A DNA stretch of 62,630 nt, filler included. It is 7 parts of 7 records of this genome, joined end to end, with 100 filler letters (N's around TTAATTAATTAA, not from the genome) between each part and the next. Parts side by side here need not be neighbours in the genome. Positions count along the whole stretch, not along the records: positions 45,629 to 62,630 come from SRR31156797_46847; 6 more parts are not named here. One strand, given 5' to 3'. Numbering within the stretch: the stretch's first letter is position 1; each line of letters begins with the position of its first letter. The translations under genes were made by a program, and so were the position numbers. The notes below the pieces were generated by a model. That model had not been told where the DNA came from and ran no database searches. It saw nothing but the letters and a program-made list of their open reading frames with translations. Below, piece after piece: positions 48,413 through 58,703 of this stretch.

Positions 48413-49525
48413 ATGGCGCAAGTCACAGAAGAACAAGTTCTTGATGCCCTGGCCGGTGTCATGGACGAAGAAAAGAACCAGGACATCGTCAGCCTCGGCA
48501 TGGTTACGGGCCTTCAGGTCCGTCAGGGCCATGTCTCTTTCGCCATCCAGGTCGAGCCCGAACGCGGCCCCCACATGGAGCCGTTGCGCAAAACCGCCGA
48601 AAAAACCGTGCATGATTTGCCCGGCGTTTTGACCGCCACCGTCGTGCTGACCGCCGAGCGTACGGCCGAAGCCGAACAGCCGCAGCAACGGCCCTCGGCC
48701 AATCAGGAGCACGGACCGCTTCTGCCGCAGGTCAAATCGATCATCGCGGTGGCGTCCGGCAAGGGCGGCGTCGGCAAATCGACGACGGCGGTCAACCTGG
48801 CCCTGGCTTTGGCCGCGAAGGGGCTCAAGGTCGGCGTCCTGGACGCCGATATTTACGGCCCGTCGATCCCGCGCATGCTGGGCATCACCGGCCAACCCGG
48901 TTCCAGCGACGGCCACACCATCAACCCGATGCGCAACCACGGCATCGAATGCATGTCCATGGGTTTCCTGGTCGAAGAGGAAACGCCGATCATCTGGCGC
49001 GGACCGATGGTAATGAGCGCGCTCGAGCAAATGATGCGCGACGTTGCCTGGAGCGATCTTGACGTCATGGTCGTCGACATGCCGCCGGGTACCGGCGACG
49101 CCCAGTTGACGATGGCGCAGCGCGTGCCGCTGACCGGTTCCGTCATCGTTTCAACGCCTCAGGACATCGCCTTGGCCGATGCGCGCAAGGGCATCAACAT
49201 GTTCCGCAAGACCAACGTCCCGGTGTTCGGCATCATCGAAAACATGAGCCATTTCACCTGCCCGCATTGCGGCGAACGGACCGACATCTTCAGCCACGGC
49301 GGGGCGCGGGCCGAGGCCGGCGTATTGGGCGTCGACTGTTTGGGTGAACTGCCGCTGGCCGTGGCGATTCGCGAAACGTCCGACACCGGCAATCCGATCG
49401 TCGTATCGGACCCCGGCTCGGCCCTGGCCAAGGCCTATCTGGATATCGCGGAAGCGGTCTGGCAGAAGGTCGAAGTCGAACTGTCGGGACGGGAAACCGC
49501 CGCGCCCCGGATCGTCGTGCAATAG
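48413..49525 (+). CDS. apbC: Mrp/ApbC Fe-S cluster carrier ATPase
   Basis: ASGKGGVGKSTT, DADIYGPS, DMPPGTGD, ENMS..CPHC. Confidence 0.95.
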   Translation: MAQVTEEQVLDALAGVMDEEKNQDIVSLGMVTGLQVRQGHVSFAIQVEPERGPHMEPLRKTAEKTVHDLPGVLTATVVLTAERTAEAEQPQQRPSANQEHGPLLPQVKSIIAVASGKGGVGKSTTAVNLALALAAKGLKVGVLDADIYGPSIPRMLGITGQPGSSDGHTINPMRNHGIECMSMGFLVEEETPIIWRGPMVMSALEQMMRDVAWSDLDVMVVDMPPGTGDAQLTMAQRVPLTGSVIVSTPQDIALADARKGINMFRKTNVPVFGIIENMSHFTCPHCGERTDIFSHGGARAEAGVLGVDCLGELPLAVAIRETSDTGNPIVVSDPGSALAKAYLDIAEAVWQKVEVELSGRETAAPRIVVQ

Positions 49526-49575
49526 GCGAAACCGCGACGGCTGGAGCCCGGCTTCGTTCGGCGCGCTATATCCGA

Positions 49576-50436
49576 TCAGATCTCCAGGTCCAATCCGACG
49601 TCGAGGTTGCGGACCGAATGGGTCAACCAGCCCAGTGAAATCAAATCGACACCCGTTGCCGCGACCTGTGCCGCGGTAGCGGGTGTGATTCCCCCCGATG
49701 CTTCGGTCAACAGGCGGCCTCCGACACGGGCGACCGCGGCATGGAGCGTTTCGACATCCATATTGTCGAGCAATACGGCATCGACTCCGCCAATCGACAA
49801 CACACGGTCCAACTGATCGATGGTATCTACCTCGATCTCGACCTTCACCATATGGCCGCCGCGTCTCTTGACCCGTTCCAGGGCGACTTCGATTCCGCCG
49901 ACCGCGGCGATATGGTTGTCCTTGATCAATATGCCGTCATCCAGGCCAAATCGATGGTTGCCGCCACCACCCATTCGTACCGCGTACTTCTCGAGGGCAC
50001 GAAATCCGGGCACCGTTTTGCGGGTACAAACGATCGACACCGCCGTTCCACGGCAGGCCTCCACTACGTTCCCCGTGGTCGTCGCGATTCCGCATAGACG
50101 CCCCAACAGATTGAGGGAGACACGTTCACCGGAAAGAATGGTCCGGGTCGCGCCGCATACGGTTGCCAATCTGGTCCCCGCCTCCACAGGCGTGCCATCC
50201 GAAACACCGATATCGAATTCGATTGCATCGTCGAGCATCCGAAACGCCGAAATTGCCGGATGCAGTCCCGCAACGATTCCCGATTCCCGAGCGACGATGT
50301 GACCGGTGGATCGGCTCGACGGGTCAATCAGCGCATCCGTGGTCAGATCGCCGGCACGGCCGAGATCTTCCTCCAACGCGCGGCGGACCAGGGGTTCGTA
50401 TTGGAGAGGGCGAAGCGACGGTCTGTAGGTCATCAT
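49576..50436 (-). CDS. nadC: Nicotinate-nucleotide pyrophosphorylase (quinolinate PRTase)
   Basis: EDLG..GDLTT, TRKT.PG.R, HRFGLDDGILIKDNH, EASGG. True start at 50436, overlapping the nadB stop. Confidence 0.96.
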   Translation of the reverse strand: MMTYRPSLRPLQYEPLVRRALEEDLGRAGDLTTDALIDPSSRSTGHIVARESGIVAGLHPAISAFRMLDDAIEFDIGVSDGTPVEAGTRLATVCGATRTILSGERVSLNLLGRLCGIATTTGNVVEACRGTAVSIVCTRKTVPGFRALEKYAVRMGGGGNHRFGLDDGILIKDNHIAAVGGIEVALERVKRRGGHMVKVEIEVDTIDQLDRVLSIGGVDAVLLDNMDVETLHAAVARVGGRLLTEASGGITPATAAQVAATGVDLISLGWLTHSVRNLDVGLDLEI

Positions 50437-52109
50437 TCGCCAGCCCCCGCCCGCGCCGTTCCGGCCGGAGCGCGCCAACGCGACGCCATGGCGTCGATTT
50501 CGCGCAACGTCAGGAAATTGCGGACGGCGGCCGTCCCGGTATCCCGAAAATCGGACCGGAAATGGCCCCCCCGGCTTTCCCGGCGTTGCAACGCGGCAAT
50601 CAGAATCGCCCGCGATACAGCCACCATGTTCGACAGCTCGACGGCAGTCCGAATCCGGTGTGGTTCGGACGCGGTCGAACCTTGGCGGGCACCGATCAGC
50701 GCGGCCTCGATCCGTTCGACGGCCTGCAATGCCGCAACCATTCCCTGTTCGTCGCGTACCAGACCGGCGCCCCGGTACATTTCCGACGCCAATTCGTCGC
50801 GCAAACGAGTCAGGGTGGGCGCCGCGAGATCCGGAATCCGAGGCGGTACCGGAATTCCTGTGACCGGGCCGACCGCCGCGTCGGCCGCCGCCAGATCGGC
50901 GGCAACTCGACGCCCAAAAACCAAGGCCTCCAGCAGCGAATTGCTGGCCAGGCGATTGGCGCCGTGTACACCGGTACAGGCTACCTCGCCACAAGCCCAC
51001 AGTCCCGGTATTCCGGTCCGGCCATTGGCGTCTGTCGCCACGCCACCCATGTGATAGTGCGCCACCGGTTCCACCGGCACCGGCGCCAGGAACGGATCGT
51101 ATCCCGCCTTACGGCAGATTTCGACGACGGTGGGAAAACGCGACGCACCATCATCGCGCATGACCGGTCGAAGATCGAGAAACACCCGGCTTCCCCGCGA
51201 AATGACCTGCCAGATCGCCTTCGCCACCACATCGCGCGGAGCCATCTCGCAATCGGGATGCACCTCCTCCATGAATCGGCGACCTTCGTCATCGACCAGA
51301 ACGGCACCTTCGCCACGAAGGGCCTCGGTCAGAAGCGCCCGTTGCCGCGTCCCATTGTCGGCGGCCAGGGCCGTGGGATGAAATTGGACGAATTCGATAT
51401 CGACGAGTTGACAGCCTGCCGCGGCGGCGAGAGCCAGCCCATCGCCCGTGCATTCGGTGGGATTCGTGGTTCGCCCGAAAACTTGCCCGGTTCCGCCGGT
51501 CGCCAGAACGACACGCGGGGCGCGATGGAAAACCCACCCCACCCGGGCGTCGTGCGCCATGATACCGACGACGCGTCCGTTCTGGCAGACGATTTCGACG
51601 GCAATGGCGTCTCCGGCAACGGTAATGCGCGGATGCCGTTCGACATGCGCCGCCAGAAAGGCCGCCAGATGGCGCCCCGTCGAGTCGCCGCCCGCATGGA
51701 CGATGCGTCGGCACGAATGGGCCGCCTCGCGCGACAGAAGCGGCCGACCATCGGATCCGAGATCGGCCGGGAATCCTTTGGACAGCAGATTTTCGATCGC
51801 ATCCTTGCCTTCCGAGGCCAGAAGCTTCGCCAATGTCGGCTCGACGAGATCATGGCCGACGGCAACCGTGTCGGCGGCATGAAGGCCCGGATTGTCATCG
51901 GCTCCGATGGCAGCGGCTATTCCGCCCTGGGCCCAATGGGTCGATCCCCCGGTCAACCGGTCGATCTTGTTCAACAGGGTGACACGCCCGAGCCGGCTCG
52001 CCAGGGCGACAGTCATACCGGCGGCGCCGGAGCCGACGACCAGGACATCGGATTCGGTGATGCTTGTTACGCTGTTTCCCCGACCGGCCGGGTCGCTGAA
52101 ATCCGTCAT
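50433..52109 (-). CDS. nadB: L-aspartate oxidase
   Basis: VVGSGAAG, AQGGIAA, EAAHS..RIVH, VQFHPT, HYHMGG, HGANRLASNSLLE. Start at 52109. Confidence 0.96.
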   Translation of the reverse strand: MTDFSDPAGRGNSVTSITESDVLVVGSGAAGMTVALASRLGRVTLLNKIDRLTGGSTHWAQGGIAAAIGADDNPGLHAADTVAVGHDLVEPTLAKLLASEGKDAIENLLSKGFPADLGSDGRPLLSREAAHSCRRIVHAGGDSTGRHLAAFLAAHVERHPRITVAGDAIAVEIVCQNGRVVGIMAHDARVGWVFHRAPRVVLATGGTGQVFGRTTNPTECTGDGLALAAAAGCQLVDIEFVQFHPTALAADNGTRQRALLTEALRGEGAVLVDDEGRRFMEEVHPDCEMAPRDVVAKAIWQVISRGSRVFLDLRPVMRDDGASRFPTVVEICRKAGYDPFLAPVPVEPVAHYHMGGVATDANGRTGIPGLWACGEVACTGVHGANRLASNSLLEALVFGRRVAADLAAADAAVGPVTGIPVPPRIPDLAAPTLTRLRDELASEMYRGAGLVRDEQGMVAALQAVERIEAALIGARQGSTASEPHRIRTAVELSNMVAVSRAILIAALQRRESRGGHFRSDFRDTGTAAVRNFLTLREIDAMASRWRAPAGTARAGAGE

Positions 52110-53110
52110 CGGCTCAACTCGAGCATGCGGGCAACGGCACGCCGCGCGGGCTCCGCCATCTGCAAGGGAACGGTCACTTCGGGGGCAAGAGTTTCCAGGG
52201 ATATCCGGATCTTGTCCAAGGTTATGCGCTTCATATGCGGGCATAGATTGCAGGGGCGCACGAATTCGATATCGGGATGGGCGGCGGCAACGTTGTCGCT
52301 CATCGAACATTCCGTTACCAGAAGAACGCGTTGCGGTCGTTTGGTGGCGACCCGGTCGATCATCTGGGCGGTGGATCCAACGTAATCGGCGACATCCAGA
52401 ACGTCGGGAGGGCATTCCGGATGGGCCATCACGAACAGGCCGTCCCAGGATCGGCGGTATTCCTCGATCTCCTCGCCCGTAAAGCGCTCATGGACCTCGC
52501 AATGCCCCCTCCAGGGAATGATCTCGACATCGGTGTTGCAGGTCACGTAATGAGCAAGGAATTCGTCGGGAAGAAAGATGACGCTTGGAACGCCGAGCGC
52601 TTCGACAATCCTGACGGCGTTGGAAGATGTGCAGCAAACGTCCGTTTCGGCCTTTACCTCTACGGACGTATTGACATACGACACCACGGGAATGCCGGGA
52701 TAACGCTCCCGCAGCCGCCGCACATCGGCGCCGCTGATCGAATCGGCCAACGAACAGCCGGCATCCAGATCGGGAATCAACACGGTCTTGCAGGGATTCA
52801 ACAACTTCGCCGTTTCGGCCATGAAATGAACGCCGGCCACAACGATGACTTCGGCGTCACATTGTTCGGCCTGTTGCGCCAGCGCCAGGGAATCGCCGAC
52901 GATATCGGCAACCCCGTGGAAGATTTCGGGCGTCTGGTAATTGTGTGCCAGGACGACCGCATTCCGTTGCGCCTTCAGCTCCTCTATCCGTTCGATTAAA
53001 GGAGCATGGGCCAGCCATTCCGCCTCGGGCAAGACGGGTTTCAGACGTTCGAGGATATCGTGGACGGGCGTCCGCCGCTTCGGCGAACGGTCCATGTCGA
53101 CACAGGCCAA
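52106..53110 (-). CDS. nadA: Quinolinate synthase
   Basis: LAHNYQ, GDSL, VHFMAETAK, GCSLA, YVNTS, CEVH, HPEC, CPHMK. Confidence 0.97.
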   Translation of the reverse strand: MACVDMDRSPKRRTPVHDILERLKPVLPEAEWLAHAPLIERIEELKAQRNAVVLAHNYQTPEIFHGVADIVGDSLALAQQAEQCDAEVIVVAGVHFMAETAKLLNPCKTVLIPDLDAGCSLADSISGADVRRLRERYPGIPVVSYVNTSVEVKAETDVCCTSSNAVRIVEALGVPSVIFLPDEFLAHYVTCNTDVEIIPWRGHCEVHERFTGEEIEEYRRSWDGLFVMAHPECPPDVLDVADYVGSTAQMIDRVATKRPQRVLLVTECSMSDNVAAAHPDIEFVRPCNLCPHMKRITLDKIRISLETLAPEVTVPLQMAEPARRAVARMLELSR

Positions 53111-53138
53111 CGCAATGACCCTCCCTTGATCAACCGCT

Positions 53139-53196
53139 TAATATACTCGATATGAGTATATTATTTATGCTATATATGAGCATAAAGGTTTGTCAA
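53139..53196 (-). promoter_or_regulatory. Two tandem NadQ operators overlapping the nadA promoter
   Basis: TAATATACTC-gatat-GAGTATATTA and TTTATGCTA-tatat-GAGCATAAA (ATRCTC-N5-GAGYAT type); minus-strand TTGACA at 53191-53196. Confidence 0.8.
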
Positions 53197-53241
53197 GAGG
53201 CTATTCCGAGGTAGAGGCGCGTAAACCCCGGAAAGTTACGG

Positions 53242-54297
53242 TCAGTCGCCCACCCGGACGGCCGGAATGCCCACGCCCGGGGCGACGCGTTCGTGCAGGA
53301 CTTCGCGACGGAAACGGAAAAGCTCGGCCGGCCGGCCGCGACCGGCCGTATCGAATTGTCCGGTCGGTTCGACCAGTCTTCCGGATTGCAGGAGGCGGCG
53401 GAAATTCTGTTTGTGCAGGCGTTTGCCCGACAGGGCCTCGACGACGCGCTGCAAGCGAAGAAGCGTGAAACTGGACGGCAGCAGTTCGAACACCAACGGC
53501 CGGTATTTCAGCTTTCCCCGCAAGCGACCCATGGCGGTCGCCAGGATCCGCCGATTGTCCAGGGCCATCGACGCCCCGACATAGGGTAGTATCGCAGGCT
53601 CGACGCCGTCGGCAACGACGCTGTCGCAATCCAGCAGGCTTTGTTTCAATTCCTTGTCCCGTATCGCTTCGGGCAGCAATCCGGCTTCATACAACAGCTC
53701 ATAGCGGTCCAGGGTGCGCTCGATATCCCAGGATTCGTTGTCGCTTCCGAAACACTCGGCCAAGCGGGCGGTACGGGCGCGCCTTTCGTCACCGTTCGCC
53801 GAGTTCGAGGCCCATTCCTCCAGGCGGGGCAGGAGGATACGGTTCAAAAAAGCGGGACGGCCGTCGCGCCAATCCTCCCACGGAAAGAATTCGTACCAGT
53901 TGCGCCATTCGGCGTCGCCGGTGCCGGTAAGCGGCGCCTCGCGCACCAGAGCGAGATAGCCGACCGAAACCACCCTCGGACCGCCGGACAGTTCCCGAAG
54001 ATCGCGCCCCCGGTCGCCGAAGGTATAGAGCTGTTCGACATAGCGCAGCCGCTGTCCTGTCAGTTCGTCGACCCAGGACCGCAACCCCAGTTCCAGGGTC
54101 CGGTGTCTCTCGGGTTGAAACGGTCCGAACGGCAAAGCAACTGTCGGTTCGACGCCGCTCGAAACCGCCTCGCGCTGGTCCGGCATCGCCAACTCATGGG
54201 TCATTCGCCGTACCACCAGAACGCGCGGGACCTCGTCTGTCACGGCAAGGATCACCGCCGACAGTCCCAACGCAGTCTGGTGGTCTGTTTCTCCCAT
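53242..54297 (-). CDS. nadQ: NadQ (NrtR-like Nudix + wHTH) NAD-synthesis repressor
   Basis: YVEQLYTFGDRGR, FFPWEDWR, RLRGKLKYRPLVFELL, LHKQNFRR, GRPAELFRF; adjacent to nadABC. Confidence 0.9.
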   Translation of the reverse strand: MGETDHQTALGLSAVILAVTDEVPRVLVVRRMTHELAMPDQREAVSSGVEPTVALPFGPFQPERHRTLELGLRSWVDELTGQRLRYVEQLYTFGDRGRDLRELSGGPRVVSVGYLALVREAPLTGTGDAEWRNWYEFFPWEDWRDGRPAFLNRILLPRLEEWASNSANGDERRARTARLAECFGSDNESWDIERTLDRYELLYEAGLLPEAIRDKELKQSLLDCDSVVADGVEPAILPYVGASMALDNRRILATAMGRLRGKLKYRPLVFELLPSSFTLLRLQRVVEALSGKRLHKQNFRRLLQSGRLVEPTGQFDTAGRGRPAELFRFRREVLHERVAPGVGIPAVRVGD

Positions 54298-54362
54298 TGT
54301 CGGTTTCCCATGCTTCCGGCAAGACGTCGGAAGGTCCGACACGCCCCCTTCGCCGGCGTCGG

Positions 54363-55301
54363 CTATTCTTCGCGACCGAGCATACCCATCAGCTCGCGCC
54401 ATTCGCGGGCGCTCATGCCGCTTTTTTCGCGCGACACGTCTTCGCCGGCGGTCAGGCGTTTCAGCACCTCGATTCCGGACCGCGAGACCATGGCGCCGCC
54501 GATGCGATAATCGGCAAAGGCCTCATAGGTGACCGGCACCCAGCGTTTCAGCGTTTCCAGCATGGCGTCGGCATAGACGCGGATTTCGTACTGGGCATGC
54601 GGGTCGGCCCGCAAGCTGAGGAAATGCAGAAGATTGTGCAGGTCGATCTTCCAGTACCATTGGGTATAGGTGCCGAGCGTCAGGTTCATGCGGGCCAGTT
54701 CGCGGGCCAGGCCCTGGCGGTCGTCGTCGACCGGTTCGCCGGACTCGTCCTCGTTCAGCATGCGTTCGTAGTTGGCGTAACAGCGTTCGGCGTCGTCGCG
54801 AAGGATTCCCAGCACCTCGGCGGCCTCTTCGCCCTCAAGCACGGCGCCCCTGCCCTGCCGGTTCGAGCGCGACTGCGTTCCCAACTGGTCGGGCGCCGGG
54901 ACGTAGTATTCGCGATCGAGGATGGAATAGCGGGCCGAATATTCGTTGACGTTGGCGGTGCGGTGCCGGATCCACTGCCGGGCCACGAAAATCGGCAGTT
55001 TGACGTGGTACTTGATTTCGCACATTTCGAACGGCGTCGTGTGCCGGTGCCGCATCAGATAGCGGATCAAACCGGCGTCGCCACGCGTCTTCTTGGTGCC
55101 CTTACCGTAGGAAACCCGGGCCGACTGAACGATAGCCGCGTCGTCGCCCATATAATCGATGACACGGACGAAACCGTGGTCGAGCACGGGGATCGGTTCG
55201 TACAGCACCTCTTCCAGCGCCGGCACCGTCACCCGGCGCGTTTCAAATTTCTGGGCGCGGGCTTCTTCGATTTCGGCGCGTTGTTCCGGCGTCAGATCCA
55301 T
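54363..55301 (-). CDS. thyX: FAD-dependent thymidylate synthase
   Basis: [43 protein letters not shown]. Confidence 0.97.
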   Translation of the reverse strand: MDLTPEQRAEIEEARAQKFETRRVTVPALEEVLYEPIPVLDHGFVRVIDYMGDDAAIVQSARVSYGKGTKKTRGDAGLIRYLMRHRHTTPFEMCEIKYHVKLPIFVARQWIRHRTANVNEYSARYSILDREYYVPAPDQLGTQSRSNRQGRGAVLEGEEAAEVLGILRDDAERCYANYERMLNEDESGEPVDDDRQGLARELARMNLTLGTYTQWYWKIDLHNLLHFLSLRADPHAQYEIRVYADAMLETLKRWVPVTYEAFADYRIGGAMVSRSGIEVLKRLTAGEDVSREKSGMSAREWRELMGMLGREE

Positions 55302-55435
55302 GCGGGCGTCTCCCATCCCCTGAGTGTCGTGGCGGAGCCAATTTAACCGCTCGCGCGGCGCTGGCATAGACCGCCGACCTGTTTTTTACGCAAGTCCCGC
55401 CCCTTCCCTCATCGCGCCCAACGGACTATATTGAA

Positions 55436-55720
55436 GGGGTCGGGAAACCGACTATGGCGATAAACGCCTTATGGAATAAGCGTAGCGGACCCGGGGGCAG
55501 TACCCGGCGCCTCCACCAAACCTCTTTTTCCGCCGAAGGGCGGGATCGTTCAAGGGGGCGAACCAGGATCGACGCGCGTGGTAAAGGTAAGGTTTTTGCC
55601 CGGCATGGTACCGCCGTTATCGGGCCGATTCTACAAATGCCAATGATAACGAGGCGTTTGCTGTAGCCGCTTAGTCGGCAACGGGGTTCGGGGGGCACCT
55701 GGCAACAGAAGCCCCCCACT
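55436..55720 (+). ncRNA. ssrA: Two-piece (circularly permuted) tmRNA
   Basis: T-arm and CGCCTCCACCA (ends 55518) precede an intervening segment and GGGGGCG (55554; G3:U pair). Tag reading frame 55639-55674 encodes ANDNEAFAVAA*. Outer ends approximate. Confidence 0.93.
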
Positions 55721-55787
55721 TTACCGTCTGCGATGCGGACGGTCGGTGAAACAGACAAACAAACCGTCGCCACCAAGGACGGAGAAA

Positions 55788-56387
55788 ATGACATCCGACC
55801 CTCTTTGTTATGATCAGTGGATCGCCGACGCCCTTCTCAGCGTCGTCACCCGGTCCCTCACCGTCGCCGCTGACGAGGGGCTTCCGGGAGAACATCATTT
55901 CTACGTGACGTTCAGCACCAATGCGCCCGACGTCGAATTGCCGTCGCACATCAAGGCGCGCTATCCGGAAGAAATGACCATCGTCCTGCAGCACCAATTC
56001 TGGGACCTGCTTGTCGACGAAGACGTTTTCGAGGTGACGCTGAAGTTCCAGGGCCGCAATACCCGCCTGCGTGTACCAATGGCCGCGGTCACCGCATTCG
56101 CCGATCCGTCGGTGAATTTCGGCCTGCAATTGAAGGCGGTCGACCTGTCCGAACCGGCCGAGATTTTCGACATCGACGAAGCGGAAGGCGCTTCGTCCGA
56201 CGCGGTTCCGTCCGACACGGTTCCGCCCGACGCCATCCCGGCCGAGGCCGTTCCGGCCGAACCCGCCCTGGCGGCAATCCCGGCGGAACTGGCCCCCGAG
56301 GATGCGGCCGAGGCCGCCGACGAGGCCGACGAAGACGAACCGAAAAAAGGCGAGGTCATTACGCTGGACGCCTTTCGCAAGAAATAA
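55788..56387 (+). CDS. sspB: ClpXP adaptor SspB (alphaproteobacterial)
   Basis: GLPGEHHFYVTF, YPEEMTIVLQHQF, F.DPSVNFGL, C-terminal VITLDAFRKK. Confidence 0.95.
   Translation: MTSDPLCYDQWIADALLSVVTRSLTVAADEGLPGEHHFYVTFSTNAPDVELPSHIKARYPEEMTIVLQHQFWDLLVDEDVFEVTLKFQGRNTRLRVPMAAVTAFADPSVNFGLQLKAVDLSEPAEIFDIDEAEGASSDAVPSDTVPPDAIPAEAVPAEPALAAIPAELAPEDAAEAADEADEDEPKKGEVITLDAFRKK
56199..56260 (+). repeat. 15-bp degenerate tandem repeat in the sspB linker
   Basis: Encodes DAVPS-DTVPP-DAIPA-EAVPA. Confidence 0.7.
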
Positions 56388-56462
56388 CCGCCCCGCCGAC
56401 GATCGCCCGCACGCCCCATTATCCGACACCAATCCCCGTGCACAGGACCGAAGGTTCGAGCC

Positions 56463-58085
56463 ATGACCGACTACGTTCACCACGAGATTTTCCCCCTGGG
56501 CGACGATGCCACCGAATACCGCCTGCTGAGTACCGATCATGTCGGCATGATCGAGGTCGACGGCCGGACCGTGCTGAAGATCGAACCGGCCGCCCTGACG
56601 AAACTGGCCGAAGCCGCCCTGCACGACATCCAGCACCTGCTGCGCCCGGCCCACCTGGCGCAGCTTCGCAAGATCCTCGACGACCCCGAGGCGTCCGACA
56701 ACGACCGCTTCGTGGCGCTCGAATTCCTGAAGAACGCCAACATCGCCGCCGGCGGCATCCTGCCGATGTGCCAGGACACCGGCACCACCATCGTCATGGG
56801 CAAGAAGGGCGAGAACGTCTGGACCGGGGCTGACGACGAGGCCGCCCTGTCGGAAGGCATCCGCAACATCTTCCAGAAAGACAACCTGCGCTATAGCCAG
56901 GTGTCGCCGCTCGACATGTTCGAAGAGGTCAACACCGGCGACAACCTGCCGGCCCAGATCGACCTCTACGCCACCCCCGGCGACGCCTACAAGTTCCTGT
57001 TCATCGCCAAGGGCGGCGGGTCGGCCAACAAGACCTTCCTCTATCAACAGACGAAGGCGCTTCTGAACCCGGATTCGCTGCTCAAGTTCGTCGACGAAAA
57101 GATCCGCACGCTGGGCACCGCGGCCTGCCCGCCGTATCACCTGGCGCTGGTCATCGGCGGCACCTCGGTCGAGATGAACCTGAAGACCGTGAAGCTGGCC
57201 AGCACGCATTACCTGGACAACCTGCCGACGACGGGCGGAAAGTTCGGCCAGGCCTTCCGCGACACCGAATGGGAAGAAAAGATCCACAAGCTGACCCAGG
57301 ACATGGGCATCGGCGCCCAGTTCGGCGGCAAGTATTTCTGCCACGACGTCCGGGTCATCCGCCTGCCCCGGCACGGTGCCTCGTGCCCGGTCGGGATCGG
57401 CGTTTCGTGCTCGGCCGATCGCCAGATTATGGCCAAGATCACCGCCGAGGGTATCTTCCTCGAGCGTCTCGAAACCGACCCGGCCAAGTACCTGCCGGAG
57501 GTGCAGGCCGGCGGCGCGGCGCCGCACGACATCATTCAGATCGACCTGAATGCGCCGATGAACGAAATCCGCGCCAGCCTCGCCAAGGTGCCGATCAAGA
57601 CCATCGTTTCCTTGAACGGCCCGATGATCGTGGCCCGCGACATCGCGCATGCCAAGCTCAAAGAGCGCCTGGACGCCGGCGACGGCCTGCCGCAGTATTT
57701 CAAGGACCACCCGGTCTATTACGCCGGCCCGGCGAAAACGCCGGAAGGTTACGCCTCGGGGTCATTCGGGCCGACCACGGCCGGCCGCATGGACAGTTAC
57801 GTCGGCGAATTCCAGGCCGCCGGCGGCAGCCTGGTCATGGTCGCCAAGGGCAACCGGTCGAAACAGGTCACCGATTCGTGCGCCCAGCACGGCGGTTTTT
57901 ACCTCGCTTCCATCGGCGGCCCGGCGGCGCGCCTGGCCCACGACTGCATCAGGAAGGTCGAGTGCATCGAGTACGAGGAACTCGGCATGGAAGCGGTCTG
58001 GCGCATCGAGGTCGAGAACTTCCCGGCGGCGATCTGCGTCGACGACAAGGGCAACGACTTTTTCGCCGAACTGATCGGCGGCTGA
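56463..58085 (+). CDS. fumA: Class I (Fe-S) fumarate hydratase
   Basis: [47 protein letters not shown]. Confidence 0.96.
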   Translation: MTDYVHHEIFPLGDDATEYRLLSTDHVGMIEVDGRTVLKIEPAALTKLAEAALHDIQHLLRPAHLAQLRKILDDPEASDNDRFVALEFLKNANIAAGGILPMCQDTGTTIVMGKKGENVWTGADDEAALSEGIRNIFQKDNLRYSQVSPLDMFEEVNTGDNLPAQIDLYATPGDAYKFLFIAKGGGSANKTFLYQQTKALLNPDSLLKFVDEKIRTLGTAACPPYHLALVIGGTSVEMNLKTVKLASTHYLDNLPTTGGKFGQAFRDTEWEEKIHKLTQDMGIGAQFGGKYFCHDVRVIRLPRHGASCPVGIGVSCSADRQIMAKITAEGIFLERLETDPAKYLPEVQAGGAAPHDIIQIDLNAPMNEIRASLAKVPIKTIVSLNGPMIVARDIAHAKLKERLDAGDGLPQYFKDHPVYYAGPAKTPEGYASGSFGPTTAGRMDSYVGEFQAAGGSLVMVAKGNRSKQVTDSCAQHGGFYLASIGGPAARLAHDCIRKVECIEYEELGMEAVWRIEVENFPAAICVDDKGNDFFAELIGG

Positions 58086-58163
58086 GGCCCCCGTTACGGG
58101 CAAAAATGACCCGGCTGAAATCCGGGCCGAACAAGGACAAATAACCAAGAACGAGGAGGAAAC

Positions 58164-58607
58164 ATGTCCGCAAGAATCGACAAGGCGATCGAAATTTTCA
58201 CGCCCGACAAATGCAGCTGCAGCCAGGCCATCGCCTGCGCCTTCGGCCCGTCGGTCGGCCTCGACGAAAAAACGGCGATGGGCGCGGCCCGCGGTTTCGG
58301 CGGCGGCATCGGGTCGCACGGCCTGACCTGCGGGGCGGTCACCGGCGCCGTCATGGTGCTGGGATTCCGGGCCGCCGAGCTGGACCCCGAAAGCCATAAT
58401 CCGAAGGCAAAGGCGGCCGAGCTGGTCAAGCAGTTCACAAAGGAATTCACATCCCGGCACGGCACCATCGAATGCAGGGATTTGATCGGCATCGACCTGT
58501 CGACCGAGACAGGCCAGCAGATCAACAAGGACAAAAAGATCACCCGCCAGAATTGCCCGGCCTTCGTGAAGACGGCGGCCGAGATCCTCGACGAGATACT
58601 CGACTAG
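58164..58607 (+). CDS. C-GCAxxG-C-C family putative redox protein, copy 1
   Basis: CSQA, GFGGGIG..TCGAVTGA, CRDL, CP.FV. Confidence 0.9.
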   Translation: MSARIDKAIEIFTPDKCSCSQAIACAFGPSVGLDEKTAMGAARGFGGGIGSHGLTCGAVTGAVMVLGFRAAELDPESHNPKAKAAELVKQFTKEFTSRHGTIECRDLIGIDLSTETGQQINKDKKITRQNCPAFVKTAAEILDEILD

Positions 58608-58703
58608 CAGAACCGGCCGCCGCGCACTGGCAGGTTGCACCGCCCGGTTCCGGGGCCGATAATGATTGCCTGCATATCCGGCCATGCGGAAGGAGGATCC
58701 GCG

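Noticed and set aside
50163-52385. 740-aa plus-strand ORF
   Set aside because: Antisense to nadB/nadA in GC-rich DNA, with no recognisable motifs.
55426-55794. Short ORFs over the thyX-sspB intergenic region
   Set aside because: The region is explained by the tmRNA gene.
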